DNA from: Heterodontus francisci
Lineage: Eukaryota
Length of the DNA stretch: 64,000 nt
NCBI RefSeq assembly: GCF_036365525.1
Contig: NC_090373.1
Span: 13,383,935 to 13,447,934 of the forward strand
Reading direction: 5' to 3'
The translations under genes and the position numbers were made by a program. Positions 37,323 through 51,129 of this stretch are shown here, piece after piece. Within the stretch, counting starts at the first letter, position 1. Every line of letters begins with the position of its first letter. Under the pieces are notes generated by a model. The model was not told the DNA's origin. It ran no database searches and saw nothing but the letters and a program-made list of their open reading frames with translations.

Positions 37323-38709
37323 ACTTGGCTTAATGAACACAATCCTTTCAGCAAGTATTAGAAAAATCATGGTCATGTGTCTTTTGTTCTTAGCCATTAA
37401 AAATCGGCAGTCCTGTGACAGTAAATCAATTAAAATGAATTAACTAGCTAATTAGACACTCAAAATAAGGTCATTTATTACAACCAAGTGATGGATTACT
37501 GGGAAAAAAACATTAAATTGTAAATTGATGATTCAAATTATTGTGAGCATTGCCTGGGTAATGAATCCTTTTTTTTTTAACTCTATACTTTCTCACCTTA
37601 CACCTTACACATATAAACCCTTGGATCTTTATATGTTGAAGCTTCTCCTCATTATTAGTGTAAGTTTTTCTGAACCCTTTGTTACACTGAAAATTGACAC
37701 AAGGCAATGCTGCCTTCTGTTATCACTTCAGTGGCTACAATCCATGAACACTTTGAGCTTTCCATTGAAAGGGGCATTTATAAGCTTTCAGCATACATTA
37801 TTAATAATTTACTCAGGTCAAAGGATGCACAACATTCTGCTCCCGGAATGTTAGAAGTGCTGAAAATTTGCATATTACAGAATTCAAACTCAACTTGGGC
37901 AACTTATCAAACCCTCTGTGCAGTACATTGGAAGACATTAGGGTAATGCTAACTGAGCCACAATTATGATGCAATTATTTATTCAGTGCTCACTGGGACT
38001 GCACAGTGAGAAATAATATGCAAGTCCTGGGTTACATGCCTTCTGTTCCCTATAATGCACTACCTGGGAGCACTATTTGGTGCTGGGAGTATGGAAGCAT
38101 TGAATCAGCCCGGAGCACCTGACAAAGGCAGCAAAGAGCTGACAGAAAAAGGAAATATTGAAAACGCTAGAACTGAAGTGAAAAATGACAATGTTGTTCA
38201 ATCGACTTCTGGAAACAACAACTTGTATTTATACAGCACCTGTCATGTCGTAAAACGTCCAGAGGTGCTTCACAGGAACGTTATCAAACAAAATTTGACA
38301 CTGAGCCACATAAAAAGATATGTGGCCTCCTTCTGGGCTGTAACCATTTTTTTCCATTCTATGAAATCTCCGCCAATTTCCGTTTGAAAGTTACTACTGA
38401 ATCTGTTTCCCCCATTCTTTCAGACAGAGCATTCCAGATCATAATAATTCACTTTATAAAAGAGAATGCTCATCTCCCTTCTGACTTTCTTGCCATTCAT
38501 TTTAAATATTTGGTGAAATCTTGGCCAAACACGAGCAAGATGATGGAAAGTTCCTTATTTTGGATTTCCCGCCCTCTCATTCTGGGATTTCAGCCTAAAT
38601 GTAGCCTCAACCAATTGGAGAAAAGTCTGATTTTCCATCTAAGTATGAATTTGGGTGGTCTCATATTCATAGGAAAGGAGACTCCACAGCCTAAAGCTGT
38701 CCATCGCAC

Positions 38710-38965
38710 AAGAACTTACATTTATATTGTACCTTTAACATAGTAAAATATTCCAATTTGCTTCACAGGAGTGTTATAAAGCAAAATTTGACACTAAGCC
38801 ACAGAAGGAAATATTCGGGCAGATGACCAAAATCGTGGTCAAAGAAGTAGGTTTTAAGGAACATTTTAAAGGAGAGAGAGAGAGGTAGAAGGTGCAGAGA
38901 TGTAGAGAGGGAATTCCTGAGCTTACGGTCGAGGCAGCTAAAGGCACAGCTACCAATGGTAAAGT
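38710..38965 (-). mobile_element. L2 3' end (a second short copy at ~38215-38320)
   Basis: aaatttgacactaagccacagaagg...ggtcaaagaagtaggttttaagg is homologous to 11283-11560. Confidence 0.7.
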
Positions 38966-38982
38966 GGCAAAAAAAAGTTATT

Positions 38983-40388
38983 GCAGAAAATAAAAGCTCA
39001 TCGTGTAGGGGGTAACATATTGGCATGGATAGCAAATTGGTTAGCTAACAGGAAACAGAGAGTAGGCATAAATGAGTTATTTTCTGGTTGGCAAGATGTA
39101 ACGAGTGGTGTGCCACAGGCATCTGTGCTGGGGCCTCAACTTTTTACAATTTTTATTCATTCATTCATGGGATGTGGGCGTCGCTGGCCAAGCCAGCATT
39201 TATTGCCCATCCCTAATTGCCCTTGAGAAAGTGGTGGTGAGCTGCCTTCTTGAAACACTGCAGTCCATGTGGGGTAGGTACACCTTCAGTGCTGTTAGGA
39301 AGGGAGTTCCAGGATTTTGACCCAGCGACAGTGAAGGAACGTCGATATAGTTCCAAGTCAGGATGGTGTGTGACTTGGAGACAATTTATATAAATGACTT
39401 AGATGAAGGGACTGAAAGTATGGTTGCTAAATTTGCTGATGACACAAAGATAGGTAGGAAAGTAACTTGTCAAGACGACATAAGGGGGCTACAAAGGGAT
39501 ATAGATAGGTTAAGTGAATGGGCAAAGACCTGGCAGATGGAGTATAATGTGGGAAAGTGGGAAATTGTCCACTTTGTCAGGAAGAATAGAAAAGAAGCAT
39601 ATTATCTAAATGGTGAGAGATTGCAGAGCTCTGAGATGCAGTGGGATCTGGGTGTCCTAGTGCATGAATCACAAAAGGTTATTATGCAGGTACAGCACAG
39701 AATTAGGAAAGCTAATAGAATATTATTGTTTATCGCGAGAGGAATTGAATACAAAAGTAGGGAAGTTATGCTTGAGCTATACAGGGCATTGGTGAGACCA
39801 CATCTGGAGTACTGCGTACAGTACTGGTCTCCTTATTTAAGGACGGATGTAAATATGTTGGGAGGTAGTTCAGAGAAGGTTTACTAGACTAATTTTGCTT
39901 TTATATTACTAGACTAATACCTGAAATGGGAAGGCTGTCTTACAAGGAAAGACTGGACAGGCTAGGCTTGCAACCGCTGGAATTTAGAAGAGTAAGAGGC
40001 GACTTGATTGAAACATATAAGGTCCTTAGGGGTCTTGACAAGGGGAAACATCCTTTCCACATCCACCCTGTGGGAGAATCTAGAACTAGGGGTCACTGCT
40101 TAAAAATAAGTGGTCGCCCATTTAAGACAGAGATGAGGCGAAATTGTTTCTCTCAGAGGGTCATGAGTTTTTGGAATTTTCTTCCTCAAAAGGCAGTGGA
40201 AGCAGAGTCTTTGACTATTTTTAAGGCAGAGGTAGATAGATTCTTGATAAGCAAGGGGGTGGAAGGTTATCGTGGGTAGATTGAAATGTGGAGTAATCAG
40301 TTCACCCATGAACTTATTGAATGGCAGAGCAGGCTCAAAGGGCCGAGTGGCCTACTCCTGCTCCTAATTCCTATGTTCGTATGTATGT
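38983..40388 (+). mobile_element. CR1 RT to 3' end, with a nested minus-strand LINE tail at ~39155-39380
   Basis: SGVPQASVLGP, YINDLDEG, KFADDTK and LYRALVRPHLEYCVQYWSP. The nested piece is the reverse complement of the 16850-17050 tail. Confidence 0.9.
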
Positions 40389-40609
40389 GAAAAGCAATAG
40401 AAATCTGTAATCTCACTCAAAGGTCATAGGATGCTGGATCTGAGGCAAGGATGCTCTTCAGAGCTAACGGCTAAGTCATAGAGTTTGAGACAGAGAGATT
40501 TACTCTGTAGCTAACCTGCAGTACCTGACCCAGGATTACTTGGAGCCTAATATAGGTTGCTACTCACCTTGCACAGCACAAAAACACACAAAACTATTGA
40601 AATGAATAA

Positions 40610-41165
40610 CTTCTTACTTCTTAGGCAGCCCCTTGGGAACAAGGATGACTTTCTTTCATTCCAGGGTTTTGGGTCCTTAGGTGACTGAATAGTCCAATTC
40701 TGGATCTGCACACTCTGCCACAGGTGGGGCAGGTGGTGTTTGGTGAGGTGAGTGAATGGGATGCTCGAATATCCAAACGCTCCTTCCACTGTTTGCACTT
40801 GGTTGCTGCCTGGGCATGTCAACATTGTTCGAACTGGCTGGCACCTTCGCGGATGCTTCTTCTCCATTTTGGATGGTCTTGGGCAAGAGATTCCCACGAA
40901 TCAATGGAGATGTCACATTTTTTCAAGAAGGCTTTAAGGGCATCCTTCTAGTGTTTCCTCTGCTTTCTGTTAGTCACTTGCTGATGGAGCTCGGAGTCGA
41001 AAGCTTGTTTTGGGAGTCTTGTGTCAGGCATGCAGACCATGTGGCCCACCCAGCGTAAATGACTAGCCATGACAAGTGTCTCAATACTGGGGATGTTGGC
41101 CTGAGAGAGGACACTGATATTGGAGTGCCTGTCCTGCCACTGAAGTTGCAGGATCTTACAGGAGC
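40610..41165 (-). mobile_element. RTE-clade LINE 3' end
   Basis: KILQLQWQDRHSNISVLSQANIPSIE...LRWVGHMVCMPDTRLPKQ, followed by a CRSRIGLFSH-like motif. Confidence 0.85.
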
Positions 41166-41469
41166 AAAATGAATAACATACTGGAATTAGCTGCAATAAT
41201 CAGGCACTATAGTTATGTAATTTCAGTAAACCCTAATTTGTGATGTATATTTGCATTTTCCAAAGCGAACAGCATGCATGTGCTTCGAACTGTGAAAATG
41301 GCACAACGTAGTGGCAATTTTGTTTGTGCTAAGTTTGTAAAGAACTTTCACCTGAAATCTGAATGAATGAAGACACCAGTGTTGGGCTATTGCCGCTGTT
41401 AAAATAATGGCATGTTAAAAATTTGTTCACAAGTATCCCGTCATATAATGTTAGGAACACAGTGCCTCT

Positions 41470-41778
41470 TGTTAGAAATAGTAAAACACTAAGTGCCATT
41501 ACACAGCGGGAATGTTTTTAAGTGGTGAGTGTAGGGTCTGAAAGGGTTAATGTTGAGAGTGTGTAAAGAATACCATGATGATGTAAGAGATCACATGTGA
41601 GAGAGACTTGAAGATAGATGTAGTGTGGCTTTAGAGGAGTCACACAGACTGGTGTGAAGCTGTACATGATTATAATGTAATAAAGGTTAATGTTTTAATT
41701 ACTCCAGACTAAGGAATCTCTCTAAGCTAGACTAACTAAGCATATTAAGGCAGCAGTGTATTGAACAAACATACATCA
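41470..41778 (+). mobile_element. possible short solo LTR
   Basis: TG...CA ends and AATAAA near 41680; no TSD seen. Confidence 0.35.
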
Positions 41779-43524
41779 GTGATGCTGAGATCCACGCTCA
41801 CAGGGACGGAGTCTCAGAAAACTGAGGCCTGAGATTGACTGGGAGATCAAATCACACAATCACCCCATTAAAATTTGTATGTCCTTGAATTTGGTAAAAA
41901 TTAACAGGAACAACCATGTTACCCGTATAAATGCATACAAAAGTTGCATGAATGCTGCAGAAAAATATTTCTGACTGCTAATAAATGAAAAAAATTAGTG
42001 TATTCAATTTCATATGCTGCATTATTCAACTAATTGTGAATCTCTAGGCCAGGCTGGTAGCTTGGCATTTTATATTTATCAGCACCTTCATATAAATATT
42101 TAAGGAACTGCATACTTTAATTTTGGCATAACTAATGTCTGATTTCAAAAAAAGATATTGGTGGATTGATAACCCTAGCATTCTCCAACAGTAGGGTCTA
42201 TTTTATGCTCGCAGTATACAGTCATTATTTAAATCTTTCATGACTGGTTACTATGGTGCTGTAATAAATTCATGAAAGGAAAACCTAACTGTGTGCAGGA
42301 CTGATCCAAAAATGGCAGCCCTAGTAGCCTTAGGGTGAGATCAAATCTGTTTTTCTGAAATAGTGAAGACCAGTCTTTTCATTTGAGTATTACACAACGG
42401 GATTCCAGATGGTAAATCTTTGGCATTCACTGACTTCCACTATTTCTTTTAGCTCTATTAAAACAGCTTTATCTGTGATGTTCCATAATTCAACCTCTGA
42501 TTTCCCGTTAAAATGGAATAGAATAACAAACACACAGCATACAACAGAACAAGCACTTCAATCAGAGCATTTCAGAAGTGGCTCAAGCGTATTTCAGAAC
42601 TTGTATCCATCCAAAGACGAAAATCGTTCTCCCCCCCCCAAAATCTGGTAGGAAATTCAAAGACATCGTGCAGTCACGTTGTGTGTCCAAGGGGATGGGA
42701 GCCAGCATCAGGCTGAAGCCTTGAAAACCTTTTCTTTCTAATGAAATAATTCCAGCTACAGCTATTTAATTTCATTCAGCATCATCCTCCCACATTGCGA
42801 CCAGAGGGAGAAAGCCCCCAGCAGCACCAAAAACATGCCCAGTAATAATGAGAGTTGCAATGGTACTGTGATCAACAAAAACAACAATAGAACCAAACCA
42901 ATCCCTTCTGTTGAGAGTTGTGAGCGACTAAAGTTCTGTACTAGTAATCTAGAAAGGTTGAAAACGAAGACATGCAAATACATATCAAGAAAGAAAGACC
43001 TGCATTTATATAGCACCTTTCACAACCCTCAGGACATCCCAAAGCACTTTATAGCCAATGAAATACTTTTTGAAGTGTATTCACTGTTGTGGCAAACATA
43101 GGTTATATAAACCCTCCAACATTTGTAGCGGGCAAATCAGGTTGACACAAACATGCCACTATAAGTGCTGGGGACTGTACTCTTAAAGATTCCATCGCTC
43201 TACTTTGACGAGTTCTAACCAGTGCCTAACCTGCCAGCAGGATCGCTAAACACCTGAGAATACTGACCATACAGAATGCAAAACACCTGCTGAAGTCAGT
43301 TGTAAATGGATTTTGCAAAGAGGGCATCAAATGGAGGAGGCCGCTATTTGCATACGCAAATAAATTAGCGCCTGTTCCAAGTGCATGCCCTTGACAGCTA
43401 TGCAAGAGCTTTTAGCTTTTAGTAGATCAGTGGGAAGTGTTCAAAAAGAATATGATGCAGAACAAGTTTATACCTCAAAGGTGCAAGAGTTCTATTTCCA
43501 AAAAAATGCCATGGATTTTTAAAA

Positions 43525-44675
43525 AATTCAGTCACAGGATATGGACGTTGCTGGCAAGACCAGCGTTTATTACCCATCCCTAATTGCCTTTGAGAAGGTG
43601 GTGGTGAGCCACCTTCTTGAACCACTGCAGCTCTTGTGGTGTAGTTACACCAACAGTGCTGTTAGGAAGAGAGTTCCAGGACTTTGACCCATAAGTAAAG
43701 GAATGGCAATACAGTTCCACGTCAGGATGGTGTGGGGAACTTGCAGGTGATGGTGTTCCCATGCATCTGCTGTCTTTGTCCTTCTAGTTGGTAGAGGTCA
43801 CGGGTTTGGAAAGTGCTGTTGAAGGAGCCTTGGTGAGTTTCTGCAGTGCATCTTGTAGATGGTACACACTGCTGCTGCTGTGTGCCACTGGTGGAGGGAG
43901 TGAATGTATACGATGCTGGATGGGGTGCCAATCAAGCGTGATGCTTTTTCCTGGAAGGTGTCAAGCTCCTCGAGTATTGTTGGAGCTCCGACAATATTGC
44001 AAGCTCCGAGCAAGCAGAGAGTATTCCATCACACTCTTGACTTGTGCCTTTTAGATGGTGGAAAGGCTTTGGGGTGTCAAGAGTTGAGTTACTTGTTGCA
44101 GAATCCCCACCATAGCTCATGTAGCCATAGTGTTTATGTGGCTGGTCAAGTTCAGTTTCTAATTAATGGCATGTCCAAGATGTTGATCGTAGGAGATTCA
44201 GCGATGGTAATGCTGTTGAGCGCCAAGGGGAGATGGTTAGGTTCTCTCTTGCTGGAGAAGGTCATTGCCTGGCACATGTGTGGCATGAATGTTACTTTCA
44301 ACTTATCAATCAAAGCCTGAATGTTGTCCAGGTCTTGCACAGACTTCTTCATTATCTGAGGAATTGTGAATGGAACTGAAGATTGTGCAATCATCAGCCA
44401 AAATTCCCATATCTGACTTTATGATGGAAGGAAGGTCATTGATGAAGCAGCTGAAGACGGTTGGGCCTAGGACACTACCCTGAGGAACTCCTGCAGTGAT
44501 GTCCTGGGGCTGATTGACCTCCAACAACCACAACCATCTTCCTTTGCGCTAGGTATGACACCAGCCTGTAGAGAGTTTTCCCCTGATTCCATTGACTTCA
44601 ATTTAACTGGGGCTCCTTGATGCCATACATGGTTAAATGCTGCCTTGATGTCAAGGACAGTCGCTCTCACCTCAC
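43525..44675 (-). mobile_element. CR1/L2-group LINE RT to 3' end (same family as 14425-17057)
   Basis: LDIKAAFNHVWH, GVPQGSVLGPTVFSCFINDL, ADDC and LDTFQEKASRLI; same 3' tail. Confidence 0.85.
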
Positions 44676-44783
44676 CTAAACTGACTAAAGAGATAACAGA
44701 CAACACAAAACTAAAAGAAAAAGCAGACAAAAATGCAAAAAAGCACAGATGCTATTGAATGGGTAAGATACAAAGAGCAACAA

Positions 44784-45461
44784 AGGCCGGAAGTTTACAA
44801 TGTCAGTAGGTCAATGATGGCATGGGGGCGGCGTAAAACTGAGTGGCAGGCTCCGGGAGGCCTAACCGCCCTGATTCCGCCTCATAACAAGTTTGCAGGG
44901 CGGGGGGGTGGGGTTGTGGGGGTGGTGGTGAGAAGCGGCCCGCCCGCCCAAGGCCAATCAAGACCCTTAAGTGGCCACTTAATGGCCACTTAAGGGCCCT
45001 CGCCCGCCTCCACGGGTATTTTACCCATGGCAAGCGGGTGTGCCGGGGATGTGAAAGGCCGCCCAGCTTAAGTTGCTGGCCTTTCGGCACCCCGGGGGGC
45101 CTGGCAATTGGGCACAGGGTGCCCGATTGAGGGCCACCCCTGCCTCCCAACCCAACCCTGGGATCCAAGATGCCCCCCTCCCCCCAAACGACCATGCTGG
45201 CTTCACCAGGGGATGACCGATTCTCCTGGTGAGGCAACCCAAACTTACCTTCAGTCCCGGCTCCTTGGTATTGTCGGCTGGGCTGCAGTCCCAGCAGTGG
45301 CCACCGCTCCACCTCAAGTGGTGGAAGTCCCGCCTCGGGACAATTGAAGCCTGGGGTTCAGTAAAATATGGGACAGATCCCCAGGCTGGGCGGAAGCGGG
45401 TTCGGCACTGACATTCACGTCGCAGTCCGGCTCCCATCAGCCCACTGTAAAATTCCGGCCC
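44784..45461. mobile_element. Harbinger-like MITE
   Basis: TIRs aggccggaagtttaca / tgtaaaattccggccc; interrupts CR1; internal palindrome at 44962-44998. Confidence 0.75.
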
Positions 45462-46164
45462 AAGGGTAAGAAAATAGACAGTAAGAGCTTCAAAATGGGA
45501 GCGTGAAAGGAAACTTGCAAGGGACATCAAAACCAACACAAACATTTTTTACAATTATATTAGGAGAAAGAGGGTGATCAGGAGCAATGTGGGCCCCTTG
45601 AAAATAGACAACAGCGATAATGTCAATGAAAATGAAGAAATGGTGGACACGCTGAATATTTACTTTGTGTCAGTATTTACAATAGAGGAGGAGGTCAGCA
45701 TGCCAGACATCCCAAGAAAATTTATATTGAATCAGGGCTATGGACTCACACAAATTAATGTAAGCAAATAATAGTAATGAAGAAAATAAAGGCATTGAAA
45801 AGTGACAAATCCCCAGGACTAGACTGTTTCCATCCTAGGACTACAAAGGAAGTAGGTGAGGACTTTGCAGATGCCAAACTACAATCTGATCAAAATTCAC
45901 TCGATTTTGAAACTGTTCCTTTGGTTTGGAAAATTATGCATGTCACTCTGATATTTAAGACAGATTGGAGGGGAAACCAGGGAATTATCGATCAGTCATC
46001 CTAACAGCTGTTATTGGGAAACTACTAAAGTCTAGAATTAAGGATAGAGTAAGTAAGCACTTTGAAAATTTTCAGCTGCTCACAGATAGTCAACATGTAT
46101 TTGTAAAGGGTAGGTCAAGTCTGACAAAACCGAAGGAATTTCTTTTGAAGAGTTGACTCAAGTA

Positions 46165-46478
46165 GGGGCGGCACAGTTTAGCACCGCAGCCTCACAGCTC
46201 CAGGGACCCGGGTTCAATTCTGGGTACTGCCTGTGTGGAATTTGCAAGTTTTCCCTGTGACCGCGTGGGTTTTTGCCAGGTGCTCCGGTTTCCTCTCACC
46301 GCCAAAGACTTGCAGGTGACAGGTAAATTGGCCATTGTAAATTGCCCCTAGTGTAGGTATTTGGTAGGGAATATGGGATTACTGTAGGGTTAGTATAAAT
46401 GGGTGGTTGTTGGTCGGCACAGACTCGGTGGGCCGAAGGGCCTGTTTCAGTGCTGTATCTCTAAATATAAAAAAATAA
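46165..46478 (+). mobile_element. HE1-type V-SINE (shorter variant)
   Basis: tRNA head, V-domain and A-rich tail; aagtag duplicated at 46160-46165 and 46479-46484. Confidence 0.88.
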
Positions 46479-46552
46479 AAGTAGTCGATAGGTGAATATC
46501 TTTGGATATTATTGATGTAGACTTCCAGAAGGCATATGATAAAGTTCCAATT

Positions 46553-46737
46553 AAGATATCTCTAAGCTGTGCAGGTGCACGACTGCGCAGCAGTCCCTAA
46601 CTTACTGCGTAGAGGACAGACAGGCCACACACAAGATGCGATCACTTTACGATGTGCAGACGTGCGACAATCTTAATGGAACCATGCAATGCAATAAATG
46701 GGTCACGTACAGTGAAGGGAAATTAGAGGGAACATTT
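46553..46737. mobile_element. small DNA-transposon MITE (hAT-like ends), degenerate
   Basis: Interrupts CR1 at gataaagttcc...taagagac; right end ttagagggaacatt, degenerate left end tctctaagctg. Confidence 0.45.
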
Positions 46738-47832
46738 TAAGAGACTTAGCTAAAGTTGATGCCCATGGAATTGAGGGCAAATTGTTGACTTGGTTGAGTG
46801 GTAGGAGACAGAAAGTAGGTACTCTAATTGGAAGAACGTGACTAGTAGAGTCCTGTAAGGAACAGTGTTGGGGCCTCAACTATTCCCTGTATTTATTAAC
46901 CACTAAGATGATGGGATAGACAGTTACATATCCAAATTTGTCAACAACACAAATATAGGTGGCATTGCATGCAGTTTAGATTGAAGCATAAAATTACAAA
47001 GAGATATTAACAGACTAAGTGAATTGGCATAACAGTGGCAAATGGTTTTCAATGTAGTCAAATGTGAGATCATTCACTTTGACCTAAAACGGATCGAACA
47101 GGGTGCTCTCTAAATGGTGAAAAGCTAGAAACAGTGGTGGTCGAGTTACATAGATCATTAAAATGTCACAACCAGGTGCAGGAAATAATCAAAAAGGCTA
47201 AAGGGATGTAGACCTTTATATTTAAAGGACAAGAATACAAGGGGGTAAAAGTCATGCTTCAGCTTTACAAATCCCTGGTTAAATCTCACCTGGAGTACAG
47301 GAGGGAAATTAGGAAACACTTCGACACACAAAAGGTGATAGCAGTTTGGAACTCTCTTCCACAAATGGAAATGGATGCTGCATCAATTGTTAATTTGAAA
47401 TCTGAGATTGATACATTTTTGTTAAGCAAAAGTATTTCGGGATATGGGGCAAAGGTGGGTATATGAAGTTAAGTTGCAGATCAGTCATGGTCTCACTGAA
47501 TGGCAGAACAGTCTTGAGAGGCTAAGTGACCACCTCCTGTCCCTATGTTTCCAATATGACAGACTTTGCATGCCCAACGTAAAATGAACATGTTCACGCC
47601 ACGTCAACCACCATTTGGACCCTTGGACCCTTACACCTGTAAAACAGGTGTGCCACAATCAAATTTCTAGGCCAACATGTTTATCCTCTAATGCCTCCAA
47701 GTTCAATCTATAGAAGCAGTTCAATGCCTGCAGCCCCTGTGAAGCTACTCTCTACTCAAACTATAATAGTCCAAACTCAACTTATTTACTTCTTCTAAGC
47801 TTCAAACATGCAGGTGTCATGTGTACAAGAAG

Positions 47833-48800
47833 TGCGACAATGAAAAATTATGATCTAAAACTGAGGAGTTATAAAAACAACTTTGTCTTTTAAAAAATGG
47901 ACCTTTCTTTTAAAAAGTGAACAATGTGCTCCAAAATGGCCACCGAAGGAAAAGGACTTGGCCTTTGTATATTCAAACTGTCTGACAGGGACAAAGAAAA
48001 ATATTCAAAGCTAAGAGGTGTCAATTGCACCCATCCTAAAATATTCCAGAATTGAATGGGTTTATCTGAAACAAAGAAGGTGTGATGTGGAAACATCATA
48101 ACCAAATTATTCTCATCCTGAACCCATCAAGAGACCCTTTCAAATTGAATGGGTTCTTCTGAAACAAAGAATGTGTGAAGCAGTCACATCATCCACCATT
48201 GTGCGATCACCATGAAGGAGAAACCAAAGCATCTCCTACCAGGAGCCGAGATGTAACACATCTTTACCTGAAAAGGCAGCCTAGAGAGAGCATTCAAGAG
48301 GCTTGTTTCCAGAAAACCCAGAAGGAAAGCACCCTACTGTAGAATTCTACATCTACATTTTATGCAACAGTGAACTAGAAGTGATTCACCGTCTTCAACT
48401 AAAATTTCAACCAAGAGAGAAGCCTACAAACACCTCAGGCCTAAAACCAAGAATTTGACTTCCAAGAGAATTCAACAGGTTTAATTTAACCCCCTCCCGC
48501 AACTTATAATCACTTCTCCATTTTTCCTCTATATCTATCTCTTCTTGTGTGTGTGTGAGAGTATGGGTGTGTGAGAGAAAGAAAATGAGTGAATGTGGTT
48601 GCGACAATTTCGGGTTAGGCGTATTGATCAATAAATAATTGATTTTCTGGTTTTAAACCTACAAGAAAACCTGTTGATGTCTGTTTATTTAACAAATAAA
48701 ACACCAAGGGATTAAACCCTAATAACAAAACACACTTGCGGCGGTCAGGAAGGGAGCTGAACAGTGGGAACCACCCAAATCTCACCACATGTCCGTAACA
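47833..48800 (+). mobile_element. solo LTR (probable)
   Basis: Ends in ccgtaaca; (TG)n run then AATAAA near 48630; acaagaaaacctg motif shared with 29318-30234. Confidence 0.55.
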
Positions 48801-49718
48801 CAGTCCTACACAGTCTTCCCGCTGTCTTTAAGCTCACTTTGTTAAAATCACCAGCTGCGAACCTAACTCTATATTCCCAAACTTCTGAACTGTGAAATTT
48901 TATGTTTTCCTCAAACTTCTGTCCCAGCTCTACAATCTTAAGAATTTTATAATGAAGTGTGATGTTATTCAATCATTCCTTCCTATTATATCTAATCTTT
49001 TCTTTTCAACCTCAGTGATGCCCTCCATTGAGACTTGACCTTTCACCTTTGCTTTTTCAATTAAACGTTAGAGATACAGAATCATACTGAGGTAAGGTAT
49101 CCTAATGTTTAGCCAGCATCAGTTCAACACAACATAATAATCTTCCCCAAAGCAGTTAGACAGTATTACTAAAAGCCTCCCCTTAACTCGTGCTCTATTC
49201 TTTTCACGTCATTATGTTTGGAATTAGCAGGTTTGCAGCCTACATCATATACTAAAAAGAAACTAGGATTTTACTGACACATCTTCAGACAGTTCGATTT
49301 TGTTTATTCTACCCCTATTAACTAGGCTCAAAATGCCAACATGCTCTCAGCTTCACAAGCCTATCCTGAGACTTCTCCCTCAGGATTACATTACAGATGC
49401 CAAGCATTTGGCAAAATCAACTGTTCAACCTTGACTCTCAAAAAAAAACAAATGCTTCTAACTGCTCCCCTTGGGTTTTCAGGAATAAAGAGCTAGGATC
49501 AATGCAGTTGCTATGGGAACTCGTGCATAGCACTTGTTGTGAAGACGATTGCAAGAACATTAGCATATCTCCATGGAACTTATCAGCATTATGTCAGGTG
49601 AAGATGCTTCAGTTAAGTCCTTACTCTCAACTGGTAAAATATAGAAATATAGGGAGGAAAAATGTTAATTTGTTGCCTAAATGTATTGGTTATTCTCTTA
49701 CCACAGCTATCAATAATA

Positions 49719-50094
49719 CTGTAAAAGCTATGTTATCCGGCATGTGCCAGACCCGAAGGGTGCCGGACAATCAAAAATTCCAGTTAATCAAGAGTTATAT
49801 ATATTCAAGCAGGTAGAGATCCGACATTTCGTTCTGAAGTTATCGCTGGAAGACTGAAGGGTACCCAGGGCCCGGCATTGAGGAAATTAATTTTCCCTTA
49901 ATCCTTCAGGGTCAGTGCACCATTATACCTGTAGTATGTGCAAGAGACACCCCTTTCTAATGAGCGTCATTAACTAATGCCAAGAACAATTGACTGCACT
50001 CAGGAAAACTCGGCACGGGAGAGCCTAGCGAGATTTTGGAAATCCAAATAGAGCTTGTCAGTTGGTAAAGTGCCGGATAACAAAGCTTTTACTG
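49719..50094. mobile_element. Tc1/mariner-superfamily (Tigger/pogo-like) MITE
   Basis: 24-bp TIR c(a/t)gtaaaagct(t/a)tgttatccggca with 2 mismatches; TA TSD at 49717-49718 and 50095-50096. Confidence 0.88.
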
Positions 50095-50424
50095 TATGTT
50101 AAAGGTCTAGCATATGGCATGCACTTCCTGTAAACATCACACTTTCTTCCTGGCACGTTGTAGCCATCATGCTTCAGATGGACATTTTAGTGTGGTGTCT
50201 GAATCACTGTGAGCATTGCCACAGGAGATCAGTTAAAATTAGTTAAAAGCATAGAAATGTTTATATGGAAAGTGAAAATTATAACTTAGTAAAAAAAAAA
50301 TGACAGCAGGATCAGACCTTCACCATGATAGGGTTTAACTCCGTTTGCTTAACATATTTGCACAGAATTCCTTTGAGTTATTTTATGGAAGCCAGTAACA
50401 CATTTCTAATAAACAGGTTAAGAA

Positions 50425-50812
50425 AATTTTCATCATTGGCTTCAAATCCTTCCTTTGCCTCTCACCTCCCTACCTCTATGACCTCCTCTGGCCTACAACC
50501 CTCCGAAATCTCTGCATTCCTCCAATTCTGGCCTCTTGCGCATCTCCGATTTTAATCACTCCACCATTGGCAGCTGTACCTTCAGCTGTCAAGGTCCTAG
50601 GTCTGGATGTCCCCCCCAAACATCTCCACTTCTATACATCACTCTCCTGCTTTAAAACACTTCTTAAAACTCAGCTCTTTGACCAAGCTTTTGGTCATCT
50701 GTCTCATCATCTCCTCAAGCAGCTCATTGTCAAATATGGTTTGATGATTGCTTGTGTGAAGAGCCTAGAGACATTTTAAAGGCATGAATAGTGATGCAAG
50801 TTGTTGTTATTG
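50425..50812 (+). mobile_element. L2 3' end
   Basis: Homologous to 30390-30723; tail atgcaagttgttgtt. Confidence 0.75.
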
Positions 50813-51129
50813 ATTAGTGATGGAAAGAATGTTACATGGATGTGCTAAGCAGAAACCCTGCCCGAGGAAACGGCGGCTGCTTTTACATTGAGCAAGACCT
50901 GCACTGCTGCCAAATCTGGCTTGTGTCGCTGTCTGCAAGTTGCATGTGAAACTGCCGGAACTCACCAAAACTAGCTGCTATGAAGAGTTATTTTTAGCAG
51001 CTGCTCTGCCTGCTGGATCTTCGTGTGTGCTGCCGTTTTGACATTCGGATACATATATTGATCAGAACTGCGCGGGACAGGCTGGATGGACCAGAGGGTC
51101 TTTTCCTGTCTGTCAATGTTTGTATACAT

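Larger units (their letters stand above)
44680..47550 (+). mobile_element. CR1 ORF2 to 3' end with nested MITEs and SINE
   Basis: KSPGLDCFHPR, NYRSVILT, QHVFVKGRS, DFQKAYDKV and LYKSLVKSHLEY, then 3' UTR. Confidence 0.85.

Noticed and set aside
37525-37854. Hydrophobic 109-aa ORF as a membrane protein
   Set aside because: AT-rich sequence gives such composition by chance; it has no recognisable motif and is antisense to the host gene.
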